In this document: piece after piece, positions 15,957-25,600 of the stretch
How the letters are laid out: the number at the start of each line of letters is the position of its first letter
How positions within the stretch are numbered: the stretch's first letter is position 1
Assembly (NCBI GenBank): GCA_031415935.1
Contig: JANOSR010000301.1
Coordinates: 1 to 48,708 of the forward strand
Direction: 5' to 3'
Length of the DNA: 48,708 nt
Source: Steroidobacteraceae bacterium
GTDB lineage: Bacteria; Pseudomonadota; Gammaproteobacteria; Steroidobacterales; Steroidobacteraceae
Position numbers and translations under genes: made by a program
The notes under the pieces: generated by a model
What the model was told of the DNA's origin: nothing
What the model saw: only the letters and a program-made list of their open reading frames with translations
The model's database searches: none

Positions 15957-16600
15957 GAAGCCGCTTCACGCCGACGCTCGGGAGCCTGCGAATGCGCCCC
16001 CATGCGATCGAAGGCCTGCACCAGCCGGGTCGCCTCTTTTTCCATGTCCACGACCAGGGCATCGACGACACCGCGCAGATAGCGGTAGGCGAACAATGCC
16101 GGTATCGCGACGATCAGGCCGGCCGCGGTCGTGATGAGCGCCTCACCGATTCCGCCCGACAGTGCGCGCGGGTCACCGACGCCCGCCTCCGTAATCGCGT
16201 TGAAGGCCGAGATCATCCCGGTCACGGTGCCGAGCAGTCCGAGCAGGGGCGACATCGCGGCGATCGTGCCGAGCGTGTTCAGGAACCGCTCGAGTTCATG
16301 TACCACGTGCCGTCCAGTGTCCTCGATCACCTCTTTCATGATCTCGCGACCGTGATTGCGGTTCGCAAGCCCCGCGGCCAGCACCCGGCCCAACGGGGAG
16401 TTGCGCGCGAGCGCCTCGATGTGCCGGTCATTCAGGGTTCTGGTTTCAACCAGTTTCCACACACGGTCCGTCAGCTCGCGTGGAATGACGCGCTTGCGCT
16501 GCAAGGTCCAAAGGCGCTCGACCACGATGGCCACGGCGACCACCGAGCACAGGATGATCGGCGCCATGACCGGGCCGCCGGCAACGATGATTTCCCACAT
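15953..16600 (-). CDS. exbB: MotA/TolQ/ExbB-family proton channel
   Basis: MWEIIVAGGPVMAPIILCSVVAVAIVVER... and C-terminal GIGEALITTAAGLIVAIPA helix pair. Alternative in-frame ATG at 16627. Confidence 0.85.
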   Translation of the reverse strand: MWEIIVAGGPVMAPIILCSVVAVAIVVERLWTLQRKRVIPRELTDRVWKLVETRTLNDRHIEALARNSPLGRVLAAGLANRNHGREIMKEVIEDTGRHVVHELERFLNTLGTIAAMSPLLGLLGTVTGMISAFNAITEAGVGDPRALSGGIGEALITTAAGLIVAIPALFAYRYLRGVVDALVVDMEKEATRLVQAFDRMGAHSQAPERRREAAS

Positions 16601-16644
16601 GCGGCGGCATGATACCGTGACCGCCATATCGATGCCCTACCGGT

Positions 16645-18915
16645 TCAGTGGGACGCACCCCTGCGCCACCAACGCCGGGATTCCAGTCGATGCGCCTGGA
16701 CTTCGATTGCGCCCGGAGCAGCCGCGAAATTCACGGTGATGGCACCGGCATCCGCCGTGGTCAGAACGGTCGCACCAGCGGCACGCCAGCGTGCGATGAC
16801 ACCCGCATCGGGCAAATTCCAGCGATTGCCAAAGCCCGCCGAGACGATGCCGAGGTGCGCGCCGACGGCGGCAATGAGGCGCGGCCCGGATGACGTACGA
16901 CTGCCATGGTGCGGTACGAGCACGACATCAGCGGCAAGCGATTGCGACAGGAGCAGCGCCTCGGCATCCGCTTCGGGATCGGCCAGCAACAACGCACTGC
17001 CCCCGACTCCGGTGATACGAAGCGCACATGAGTTGTCATTGTCGCTGCCATGCGCTACGCCATCCGGATGCAGCACCAGGAATTCGACACCGTCCCACCG
17101 CCAGCCATCGCCGCGCCGGCACGGCGTCGAGGATCCCCTTGCCTTCACCCCCGGGCCCACCATGAGTTCGGCGATCAGGAATGACTCGCGCACGACGCTT
17201 GCACCGCCGGTGTGATCGATGTCGTCGTGACTCAGCACCAGCCGGTCGATACGGCGGATGCCATGGGCGCGTAACCAGGGCAACAAGGAGACGCGTGCGG
17301 CCGCGGAACCGCTGCGCCAGCGCGGACCGGTATCGAAGACGAGCACATGGTTCCGGGTCTGTACGACGGTCGCGAGGCCCTGTCCCACATCGAGCACCGT
17401 CAGGGTCCAGGCATTCTCAGCCGGCCGCTCGCCGCGTCCCAGCACGACGGCCATGAGCATCACGGCCGCCGCGATGCGAAGGCCACGCAATGGAATCAGC
17501 AACGTAACAAACGCAGTGGCGCCAGCCGTGATGACGAGTGCCATGGGTTGCGCAGGCGGCCACCAGGTCGCGAATTCCAGCTGGCCTGCCGCGATGAACC
17601 ACGGCCAGATTGCATCGAGACCGGCAGCCAGCGCCTGCCAGATACCGGCGGCGCTCCCGGGCCAAAGCGAAGTGAGCGCCGTAGCCAGCAGGATGACAGG
17701 CAGCAGCACGAAGCTGAAAACCGGTATCGCGATCGCGTTCGCGAGCGGCGCAATCAATGAGAGCCGGCCGAAGGCGACAGCCAGTACCGGGGTGAGCAGC
17801 AAGAAGATCGCCGCCTGTGCCCGCAGGAATGCCGCCAGGCGATCCAGCCATCCAGGCCCCGCGCCGATCAGGGTCAGCAAGGCAGCGGTCGCCACGAATG
17901 ACAGCCAGAATCCAGTCGAGGTCACGGCGAGCGGGTCGGCTGCAACCAGCAGCAAGGCCGCGAGCGCCAATGTCATGTGCACCGGCATGGCGCGCCGCAG
18001 CACGCGCTGCCATGCAACGATTCCGACCATCACGAGCGTCCGCAGTGTCGGCAGTGAAGCACCCGCGAGCGCGGCATAGGCGATCGTGGTCATCACCACG
18101 ACAGCCATCTCGATCGCGATCCTGCCCCGCCGCGGCCTGACCCACGGGAACCGCCAGGCGGTCCTCAGCAGGAGGAGCGCAAATAGGGCGCAACCGGTGA
18201 CGTGCAGGCCCGAAATGGCCATCAGGTGCGCAATGCCGGTCGCGGCAAACGCCTCCCATAGTTTCTCGGGCACATTACCGCGCACGCCAACCGAGAGGCC
18301 CTGTAGTACCGCTGCCGAGGCACTGGATGAAAGTGACGCGCCGATTTCGGCAGCGATGCGCGCGCGCAGGCGCTGCACCGGGTATTGCCATGGCCGGTCT
18401 GCGAGCAGAATTGGCTTGGACCCGGTAACGATGTACCCGGTGGCGCCGATCCGCTGCCGCAACAACGCGAGTTCCCGATCGGGCGTTCCCGGATTCGAGA
18501 AGCCGCTGCGACAGCGCAGCCGTGCCGTCATGCGCCAGTGCTGGCCTGGCAGCGGAATTGCGGTTGCCTCGTACCAGCTGAGCCGCAGATCCGAAGGCGC
18601 GCCTGATCCGGTCGGATCGACCACGCGAATGTCGAATTCGACGCGTCCTTCGCGCATTGTGGCCGGGGCGCTCACGACCCCATGCAGGTCGACGACCTCG
18701 CGATCGCGTACGCATGGCCAGTCGTCGGCAACGATTTGCCTTGCTCCGAATGCGGTCCAGGCAAGCCCGAACAGCAGTGCCGCAACGACCGGCCATCGTC
18801 GCCGGAAAAGCATTCCCGCCATGGCGATAGCCAGCAGGCCGGCGAGCGTCGGCAGCACCGGAAGAAAATGAATGGCGGCAGCGCCGGCACAGAAGGCCAG
18901 CACGAGCCAGGGCAT
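16645..18915 (-). CDS. comEC: ComEC/Rec2 DNA internalisation-related competence protein (E. coli YcaI homologue)
   Basis: 756 aa, polytopic. C-terminal metallo-beta-lactamase domain (LDVGQGLA...SHDDIDHTGG). Confidence 0.9.
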   Translation of the reverse strand: MPWLVLAFCAGAAAIHFLPVLPTLAGLLAIAMAGMLFRRRWPVVAALLFGLAWTAFGARQIVADDWPCVRDREVVDLHGVVSAPATMREGRVEFDIRVVDPTGSGAPSDLRLSWYEATAIPLPGQHWRMTARLRCRSGFSNPGTPDRELALLRQRIGATGYIVTGSKPILLADRPWQYPVQRLRARIAAEIGASLSSSASAAVLQGLSVGVRGNVPEKLWEAFAATGIAHLMAISGLHVTGCALFALLLLRTAWRFPWVRPRRGRIAIEMAVVVMTTIAYAALAGASLPTLRTLVMVGIVAWQRVLRRAMPVHMTLALAALLLVAADPLAVTSTGFWLSFVATAALLTLIGAGPGWLDRLAAFLRAQAAIFLLLTPVLAVAFGRLSLIAPLANAIAIPVFSFVLLPVILLATALTSLWPGSAAGIWQALAAGLDAIWPWFIAAGQLEFATWWPPAQPMALVITAGATAFVTLLIPLRGLRIAAAVMLMAVVLGRGERPAENAWTLTVLDVGQGLATVVQTRNHVLVFDTGPRWRSGSAAARVSLLPWLRAHGIRRIDRLVLSHDDIDHTGGASVVRESFLIAELMVGPGVKARGSSTPCRRGDGWRWDGVEFLVLHPDGVAHGSDNDNSCALRITGVGGSALLLADPEADAEALLLSQSLAADVVLVPHHGSRTSSGPRLIAAVGAHLGIVSAGFGNRWNLPDAGVIARWRAAGATVLTTADAGAITVNFAAAPGAIEVQAHRLESRRWWRRGASH

Positions 18916-18978
18916 CGAGGATCGTCCGTCAGGGGCCAGCGCCGATCATCGATCCGCCGTGTTCACGGCATTGCGGCG

Positions 18979-19668
18979 TCAGCCGGTGCGTTCGAGCAGT
19001 AATCCGTCTTCCAGCGTCAGCACGCGATCCATGCGCGCGGCGAGCTGCGTGTCGTGCGTGACAATGACGAGACTGGTGCCCAGTTCGCGATTCAGCTCCA
19101 TCATCAGCGCGAATACCTGCCGCGCGTGGGCGCCATCCAGATTTCCCGTCGGTTCGTCAGCCAGCACGATGCGCGGCTGTGTCACCAGCGCGCGCGCGAC
19201 CGCCGCGCGCTGACGCTCGCCGCCGGACAATTCGGAGGGCCGGTGCGTGAGGCGATCCGCGAGCCCGACACGCGCCAGCAGAGTCCGCGCCCTTTCATTG
19301 GCCTCTGCACGCGGCAGCCGGCGTATCAGGAGCGGCATCGCCACATTCTCGAGCGCGCTGAACTCCGGCAACAGGTGGTGGAACTGGTACACGAATCCCA
19401 TCGCGACATTGCGCAACCTTCCGCGCTCGACATCCGGCAGCGCGGACATCTCGCGGCCATCGATCAGCACGCGGCCGGAAGTCGGAAGGTCGAGTCCGCC
19501 CAGCAGCTGCAACAGCGTCGTCTTGCCGGATCCCGAAGCGCCGACGACCGCGAGGCGCTCGCCGCGGCGGATCGACGCGTTGATGCCTCGCAGCACGCGC
19601 ACTGTCGCGGGCCCCTGCCGGAATTCCTTGACCAGGCCTTCGCAGGCCAGCACCACCGAGTCATTCAT
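18979..19668 (-). CDS. lolD: Lipoprotein-releasing system ATP-binding protein LolD
   Basis: Walker [20 protein letters not shown], Walker [11 protein letters not shown]. Follows two LolC/E permeases. Confidence 0.9.
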   Translation of the reverse strand: MNDSVVLACEGLVKEFRQGPATVRVLRGINASIRRGERLAVVGASGSGKTTLLQLLGGLDLPTSGRVLIDGREMSALPDVERGRLRNVAMGFVYQFHHLLPEFSALENVAMPLLIRRLPRAEANERARTLLARVGLADRLTHRPSELSGGERQRAAVARALVTQPRIVLADEPTGNLDGAHARQVFALMMELNRELGTSLVIVTHDTQLAARMDRVLTLEDGLLLERTG

Positions 19669-19677
19669 GCTTGCGTC

Positions 19678-20946
19678 TCAAACCTCATGACGGAGAGCTT
19701 CGGCCGGCTGCGTGGCGGCGGCACGCCAGGCCGGGTAGAGGGTCGCCGCAACGCCGAGCACGAGCGCCGTCGCTGCGATTGCCAGTACGTCGCCGGACTG
19801 CACGTCCGCCGGCAACTCCGAGATGAAATAGACCCGCGGGTCCACCAGCGTGATGCCCAGCAGGCGTTCGAGGCCACCGACGATTGCCGTGATGTTGTGC
19901 GCGATCAGCAGGCCCAGCCCGATGCCTGCCCCCGTCCCGACCACGCCGATCGCGGCGCCCTGCACGACGAATATCGTCAGGATCTCGCGCGGCGTGCCAC
20001 CCAGGGTGCGAAGGATCGCGATATCTGAGCGCTTGTCCTTCACGACCATCACGAGCGTCGAGATGATGTTGAACGCCGCGACTGCAACCACCAGCAGCAA
20101 CACGACGAACATGATCGATTTGGTGACCTGGATCGAGCGGAAGAAATTCGCGTGTCGGCGGCTCCAGTCGCTGACGAGGTAGCTGCCGCCGAGGCCCTCG
20201 GCGAGCTCGCGGATCTGCCGGCCGGCGGTTCCGCCGTCGGCAAACGCATAGCGCAATCCGGTCACCGAATCGCCCATTCGATAGAGCCGGCGCGCGTCTT
20301 CGAGGTGCAACAGGGCGAGGCCGCGGTCGTACTCATACATGCCGACGTCGATGAGCCCTGCCACCGTGAACCGCCGCATGCGCGGCACCACACCGGCAGG
20401 CGTCACATTGCCCTGTGCGATGACGACCAGGACTGAATCGCCGATGGCGAGACCCAGCTCCGTGGCCAGTGTATGCCCCAGCAGGATGCGGTAGGCGCCC
20501 GCTTCCAGCTGTTCCAGTCCGCCGCCGCTGAGATGCCGGTGCAGGGATGAAACGGCGCGTTCGTCCGCAGGCTCCACGGCGCGCAGTTCAACGGCCGCGG
20601 ACCGGTCGAGAGCGACCAGCATGCCACGCCCTTCGATGAATGGCGCAATCGCCACGACGCCGGGCCGGCCGGTCGTGCGGCGCCGCAGTTCCCGCCAGTC
20701 GTCGAGCCTGCCTTCCGTGCCCTCAAGCGTCGCGTGGGACACCACACCCAGGATCCTTGCCTGCAGGTCGCGTTCGAATCCATTCATGACCGACAGCACC
20801 GCGATCAGCACGGCAACTCCGAGCGCGATGCCGGCCATCGAGATCCCCGAGATGAACCCGACAAAGCGATTTTCGCGGCGCGCCCGCAGATAGCGCGCAC
20901 CAATCCACCAGGCATAGGCGGCCGGGCCCCGCGAGCGTTCACTCAT
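19678..20946 (-). CDS. lolE: LolC/LolE-family lipoprotein-releasing system permease (second copy)
   Basis: FtsX/MacB-type 4-TM permease. N-terminus IGARYLRARRENRF..LSVMNGFERDL. The C versus E assignment is by order only. Confidence 0.8.
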   Translation of the reverse strand: MSERSRGPAAYAWWIGARYLRARRENRFVGFISGISMAGIALGVAVLIAVLSVMNGFERDLQARILGVVSHATLEGTEGRLDDWRELRRRTTGRPGVVAIAPFIEGRGMLVALDRSAAVELRAVEPADERAVSSLHRHLSGGGLEQLEAGAYRILLGHTLATELGLAIGDSVLVVIAQGNVTPAGVVPRMRRFTVAGLIDVGMYEYDRGLALLHLEDARRLYRMGDSVTGLRYAFADGGTAGRQIRELAEGLGGSYLVSDWSRRHANFFRSIQVTKSIMFVVLLLVVAVAAFNIISTLVMVVKDKRSDIAILRTLGGTPREILTIFVVQGAAIGVVGTGAGIGLGLLIAHNITAIVGGLERLLGITLVDPRVYFISELPADVQSGDVLAIAATALVLGVAATLYPAWRAAATQPAEALRHEV

Positions 20947-22174
20947 AACGAAGCGCCTCGGCGGGCTCGGTCGCAGCGGCCCTCCGGGCCGGGTAAATTG
21001 TCGACACCAGCGTCAGCGCGAGTGCCGCCCCGGCGACCAGGGCGACATCGGCACCACGCAGCTCCGACGGGATGCGTGTGATGTAGTAGACATCGGCATC
21101 GAATATCTGGAAACCGAACCAGCGCTCCAGCACCGGCGTGATGTCGCCCGCATAGAGCGCGAGCAGGATTCCGAGACCGACGCCGGCCAGCGTGCCGATC
21201 CACCCGATGACCGTGCCCTGCACGATGAACGCGCCGATGACGCCGGCGCGCGAAAGGCCCATCGTGCGCAGGATCGCGATATCACTGCGTTTCTCCGCGA
21301 CCACCATGACGAGACTCGCCACGATGTTGAATGCGGCGACCGAAACGATCAGCAGCAGTATCACCGTCATCATCGTCTTCTCGAGGCGGATCGCGCGAAA
21401 GTAGGCTGCATGATCGACGGTCCAGTCGCGCGCCGGGTCCGTGCCGAGGGCGCCGGCGACAGCAGCTGCGAGCCGCGGCGCGTCGAAGGGATCCGCGAAG
21501 AACAGGTGCACGCCAGCAGGGGCCGCAGGCCCGGCAAGCCTTGCGACGTCCTCGAGTGCGGCGAATCCCATCACGGCGTCGTGATCGGCCAGCCCGATCT
21601 CGAACAGTCCGGCGACTTCAAAGGCGCCGATGCGCGGCGTCAGACTTCCATCGGCATCCATGCGCGGCAGCAACACCGTCACCGTGTCCCCGATGCCCAC
21701 CTGCAACTGGATCGCGAGCGCGCGACCAAGCGCGATGCGATCGCTGCCGGCAATCAGCGCGTCCAGCGAGCCTTCCTGCATCGCCGCACGCAAGGGCGAT
21801 GCGGGACCATAATCGGAAACGGCAATGCCGCGAAGCGCCACGCCCGCCAGTTGCGGGCCATCGGATACGAGCCCCTGCACCTCGATGAATGGCAGGGCAT
21901 CGGCGACGCCGGGCTGTCGGCGCGCGCGGGCCGCCAGATCCTTGAGCTCGACAACCCTGGCCGGTGATGGCAATGACGCATGCGCCGAAAGCGCCAGCAG
22001 CCGGCTGCGCAATTCGCCTTCGAAACCATTCATGACCGACAGGATCGTGATCAACGCGGCGACGCCGAGACAGACGCCCAGGAGCGAGACCCAGCTGATG
22101 AAGGAGACGAAATACTGGTGCTTGCGGGAGCGCACGTAACGCAGCCCGAGCCCCAGCGGCAGGGGAGTCAGCAT
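20939..22174 (-). CDS. lolC: LolC/LolE-family lipoprotein-releasing system permease (first copy)
   Basis: LGLRYVRSRKHQYF..LSVMNGFEGEL. 8-nt overlap with the next permease gene. Confidence 0.8.
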   Translation of the reverse strand: MLTPLPLGLGLRYVRSRKHQYFVSFISWVSLLGVCLGVAALITILSVMNGFEGELRSRLLALSAHASLPSPARVVELKDLAARARRQPGVADALPFIEVQGLVSDGPQLAGVALRGIAVSDYGPASPLRAAMQEGSLDALIAGSDRIALGRALAIQLQVGIGDTVTVLLPRMDADGSLTPRIGAFEVAGLFEIGLADHDAVMGFAALEDVARLAGPAAPAGVHLFFADPFDAPRLAAAVAGALGTDPARDWTVDHAAYFRAIRLEKTMMTVILLLIVSVAAFNIVASLVMVVAEKRSDIAILRTMGLSRAGVIGAFIVQGTVIGWIGTLAGVGLGILLALYAGDITPVLERWFGFQIFDADVYYITRIPSELRGADVALVAGAALALTLVSTIYPARRAAATEPAEALRYE

Positions 22175-22274
22175 GGGTGTTTATCGGTCAAATTCGGGAT
22201 GCCTATCAAGGATTTATCGCAGCAATCTCGCCAGCTTTCCACCCGGTGCTACACTGCCCGGCGGAGGAATCGCG

Positions 22275-22544
22275 ATGACTATCGTACGCAAATTGCTGCT
22301 GCTCGCGCTGCTTGCAAATGGCCCCGCCTGGGCAGAGACGCTCAGCGTGCCGGCGGGTGACCCCGCGGCCGCTGCCGAACGCCCGCAACGGGGTAGCACG
22401 ATGTCCGCGGTGCAGAGTCGCTTTGGCGAACCCGTCAACCGCCATGCGACGGTCGGCCAACCCCCGATCACGCGCTGGGATTATGCCCAGTTCGCCGTGT
22501 ACTTCGAGAACGACCGCGTCCTGCATGCCGTAATCGTGAGATAG
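22275..22544 (+). CDS. Small secreted protein of unknown function (89 aa, possibly a BamE/SmpA-like fold)
   Basis: GGAGGA RBS 7 nt upstream. Signal peptide MTIVRKLLLLALLANGPAWA|E. Conserved-looking core MSAVQSRFGEPVNRHATVGQPPITRWDY..FAVYFENDRVLHAV. Confidence 0.6.
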   Translation: MTIVRKLLLLALLANGPAWAETLSVPAGDPAAAAERPQRGSTMSAVQSRFGEPVNRHATVGQPPITRWDYAQFAVYFENDRVLHAVIVR

Positions 22545-22601
22545 CCGCCAGGCTGGCCAAACTTGCGGCCGGCCCCGGCGCGGGTATCCTGCGCTCCCTG
22601 A

Positions 22602-22634
22602 CCCCGCCGGGCACGCCCGGAACGGGGTGTTCTG
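22602..22634 (+). terminator. Candidate GC-rich hairpin between the small ORF and mfd (weak terminator or attenuator)
   Basis: CCCCGCCGGG-CACG-CCCGG(AA)CGGGG followed by TGTTCTG. No proper U-tract. Confidence 0.3.
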
Positions 22635-22649
22635 CCTGCGGGGAGCTTC

Positions 22650-25600
22650 GTGCGCGAAAACGACCACAGGATCGTACTGCCTGCAGCTTCGGGGGCTACC
22701 CGATGGGGCGAACTCTACGGCAGCAGTCTGGCCTGGGCGCTTGTCGAAGCGGCGCCGGTGTCGGCTCCAATCCTGGTGGTCGCCCCCACGGGCCGCGAGG
22801 CGGACCGAATGCTGGCGGAACTGGCGTTCTTCGCCGGGCGGGCGCAGACCCTGCTGTCGTTTCCGGACCGCGAGACCCTGCCCTACGACCCCTTCTCACC
22901 GCACCCCGACATCGTTTCACAACGCCTGCATACGCTGGCCGCCCTGCCGGAACTCAAGCGCGGCCTCGTCGTCACGACAAGATCTGCGCTGCTCGACCGG
23001 CTGCCGCCGCGCGAGTTCATCGACGCGCATGCCTTTGAACTCAGGGCCGGAGAACGCGTCGATCTGGTGCGCTTGCGTGCACGTCTGGCCGGCGCGGGTT
23101 ACGCGCATGTCACGCAGGTGCTGAGCCCCGGCGAATTCGCCGTGCGCGGATCGGTCCTCGATCTCTACGCAGCCGGAGCGGCCCAGCCCTTCCGTCTCGA
23201 CCTGTTCGATGACCAGATCGAAAGCATCCGCAGCTTCGATCCCGCCGACCAACGCTCGGCCGAGCGGCTCGACATCGTGCGCCTGCTGCCGGCGCGCGAG
23301 TTTCCGACTACGCCTGCGGCAGTCGCCGGATTTCGCAGCCGCTGGCGCGAGCGTTTCGAAGGCGACCCGCAGGCCAGTCCCGTCTATCGGGCGGTGACGC
23401 AGGGGCTTGCCCCCGCCGGCATCGAGGCCTGGTTGCCGTTCTTTTTCGACCAGACGGCGACTCTCGCCGAGTACCTGCCGCCTGCGGCGGTCATCGTCGA
23501 CACGGCGGACCTCGAGCATGCGTTGCCGCTGGCCTGGGCCGAAGTCGAGGACCGTTACGAGCAGAGGCGGCACGATCGCGAGCGACCCATCCTGCCACCG
23601 GCTGAAGCATTCGCCACGGCCGACGCGATTTCTGCGGCATTTGCGGCTCATCCGCGGGTGCTGGTGACATCGGTCAAGGCCGAGCCGCTCGCCGCCCTGG
23701 TGCCGATCCGCAACTTCGGTTCGGAACCACCGCCCGAATTGCGCGCCGATCCGCGCGCCGCCCTGCCCGCAGCGGTTTTCGCGGCTTTTCACGCGCGCTT
23801 CGAGGGTCGCGTACTGCTGACTGTCGATTCGGCGGGCCGGCGCGAACTCCTGCTCGAGCTGCTGCGGCGCCAGGACCTGCACGCCGTCGAGGTCGCCGAT
23901 TGGGTCGGGTTCGCAGCTGGTGAGCAGTCTTTGGCCATCGCCGTCGCGCCGGATGTGCGCGGACTGGTTCTGCCGGACCGGCATCTCGCGTTGGTCGCCG
24001 AAGACCAGCTTTTCGGCGAGCGCGCGCGCCAGGAGCGGCGCCGCCGGCGTGCGGATCGCGATCCCGAAGCCATCCTCCGCGAGCTTGCGGCTCTCTCGCC
24101 TGGCGCGCCGGTCGTTCACGAGGAATACGGCGTCGGCCGCTACCGCGGCCTCCGGGTCATGCAGGTGGACGGCAACCCGGCTGAATTCCTGGTCGTCGAG
24201 TACGCCGGTGGCGACTTGCTGTACGTCCCGGTGCATGCACTCGATCGAGTGACGCGCTACACGGGCGGCTCGCCAGAAGCGGCACCCTGGCACAAGCTCG
24301 GCACCGAACAATGGGCCAGGGCGCGCCGCCGCGCGGCCGAGCGCCTGCGCGATGTCGCCGCTGAACTCCTGGATCTTTATTCGCGGCGCGCAGCCCGGCA
24401 GGGACGCGCGATCGAATTCGACGAGTCCGATTACCGCGCCTTCGAGGCGGGGTTCCCATTCGAGGAAACCGTGGACCAGCGGGATGCGATCGACGCAGTG
24501 CTTGCCGACATGCGAGCCGGCTCGCCCATGGACCGGGTCATCTGCGGCGACGTCGGATTCGGCAAGACCGAAGTCGCTTTGCGCGCGAGCTTTGCCGCCG
24601 TGCAGGGCGGCAGGCAGGTCGCCGTGCTGGTACCGACCACCCTGCTCGCCCAGCAACATGCGCAGACATTTGCCGACCGCTTCGCGGACTGGCCGATCAA
24701 GGTCGAGAACCTGTCGCGATTCCGCACTGCCGTGGAACAGCGCGAGATCATCGCGGGACTTGCATCGGGCAGTGTGGACGTCGTCATCGGCACACATCGG
24801 CTGTTGCAGCGCGATGTCGAATTCCGCGACCTCGGGCTGGTCGTCGTGGACGAGGAGCATCGCTTCGGCGTTACGCACAAGGAACGCCTGAAGCAAATGC
24901 GCGCCGACGTGGACATGCTGACACTGACGGCAACGCCGATCCCACGCACGCTCAACATGGCGCTCGGTGGCCTGCGCGAGCTTTCGCTGATGACGACGCC
25001 GCCGGCCGAGCGGATGGCGATCGAGACATTTGTCTGCGAGTGGAGCGACAGTCTCGTGCGCGAAGCCTGCCTGCGCGAGATCCGCCGCGGCGGACAGGTG
25101 TATGTCGTCCACAACACGATCGAGGATATCGAGGCGTTTGCGGAACGCCTGCGCCGGCTGGTGCCCGAAGCCACGGTGCGTGTCGGTCACGGCCGCATGC
25201 GCGAGCGCGATCTGGAACGCCTGATGCTCGATTTCTATCACCGCCGGTTCGAAGTTCTCGTCTGCACGACGATCATCGAGTCCGGGATCGACGTGCCGAC
25301 TGCCAATACGATCCTGATCGACGGCGCAGAACGCTTCGGCCTCGCACAGCTGCACCAGTTACGTGGTCGCGTGGGACGTTCACACCATCGCGCCTGGGCC
25401 TACCTGATCGCACCCCCGAAGGCGGCACTTCCGGCAGATTCCGCCAAGCGCCTCGAGGCCATCGAGGCGCTGGAGGATCTCGGCGCAGGATTCACGCTGG
25501 CAACGCAGGATCTGGAGATCCGTGGCGCCGGCGAGTTGCTCGGTGAGGAGCAAAGCGGCCAGATCCAGGAGATCGGCATCGGCCTGTATCTCGAGCTCCT

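Noticed and set aside
16645-18915. ComEC as evidence of a competence or DNA-uptake island
   Set aside because: No comEA, comF, pil or dprA genes are nearby. The same comEC (ycaI)-msbA adjacency exists in non-competent E. coli, so it is conserved backbone.
22917-25355. 812-aa ORF on the minus strand
   Set aside because: It is fully antisense to mfd, whose SF2 helicase and TRG motifs are unmistakable. Its product is Arg/Ala/Gly/Asp-rich with no recognisable motif. Long stop-free antisense frames are expected in DNA this GC-rich.
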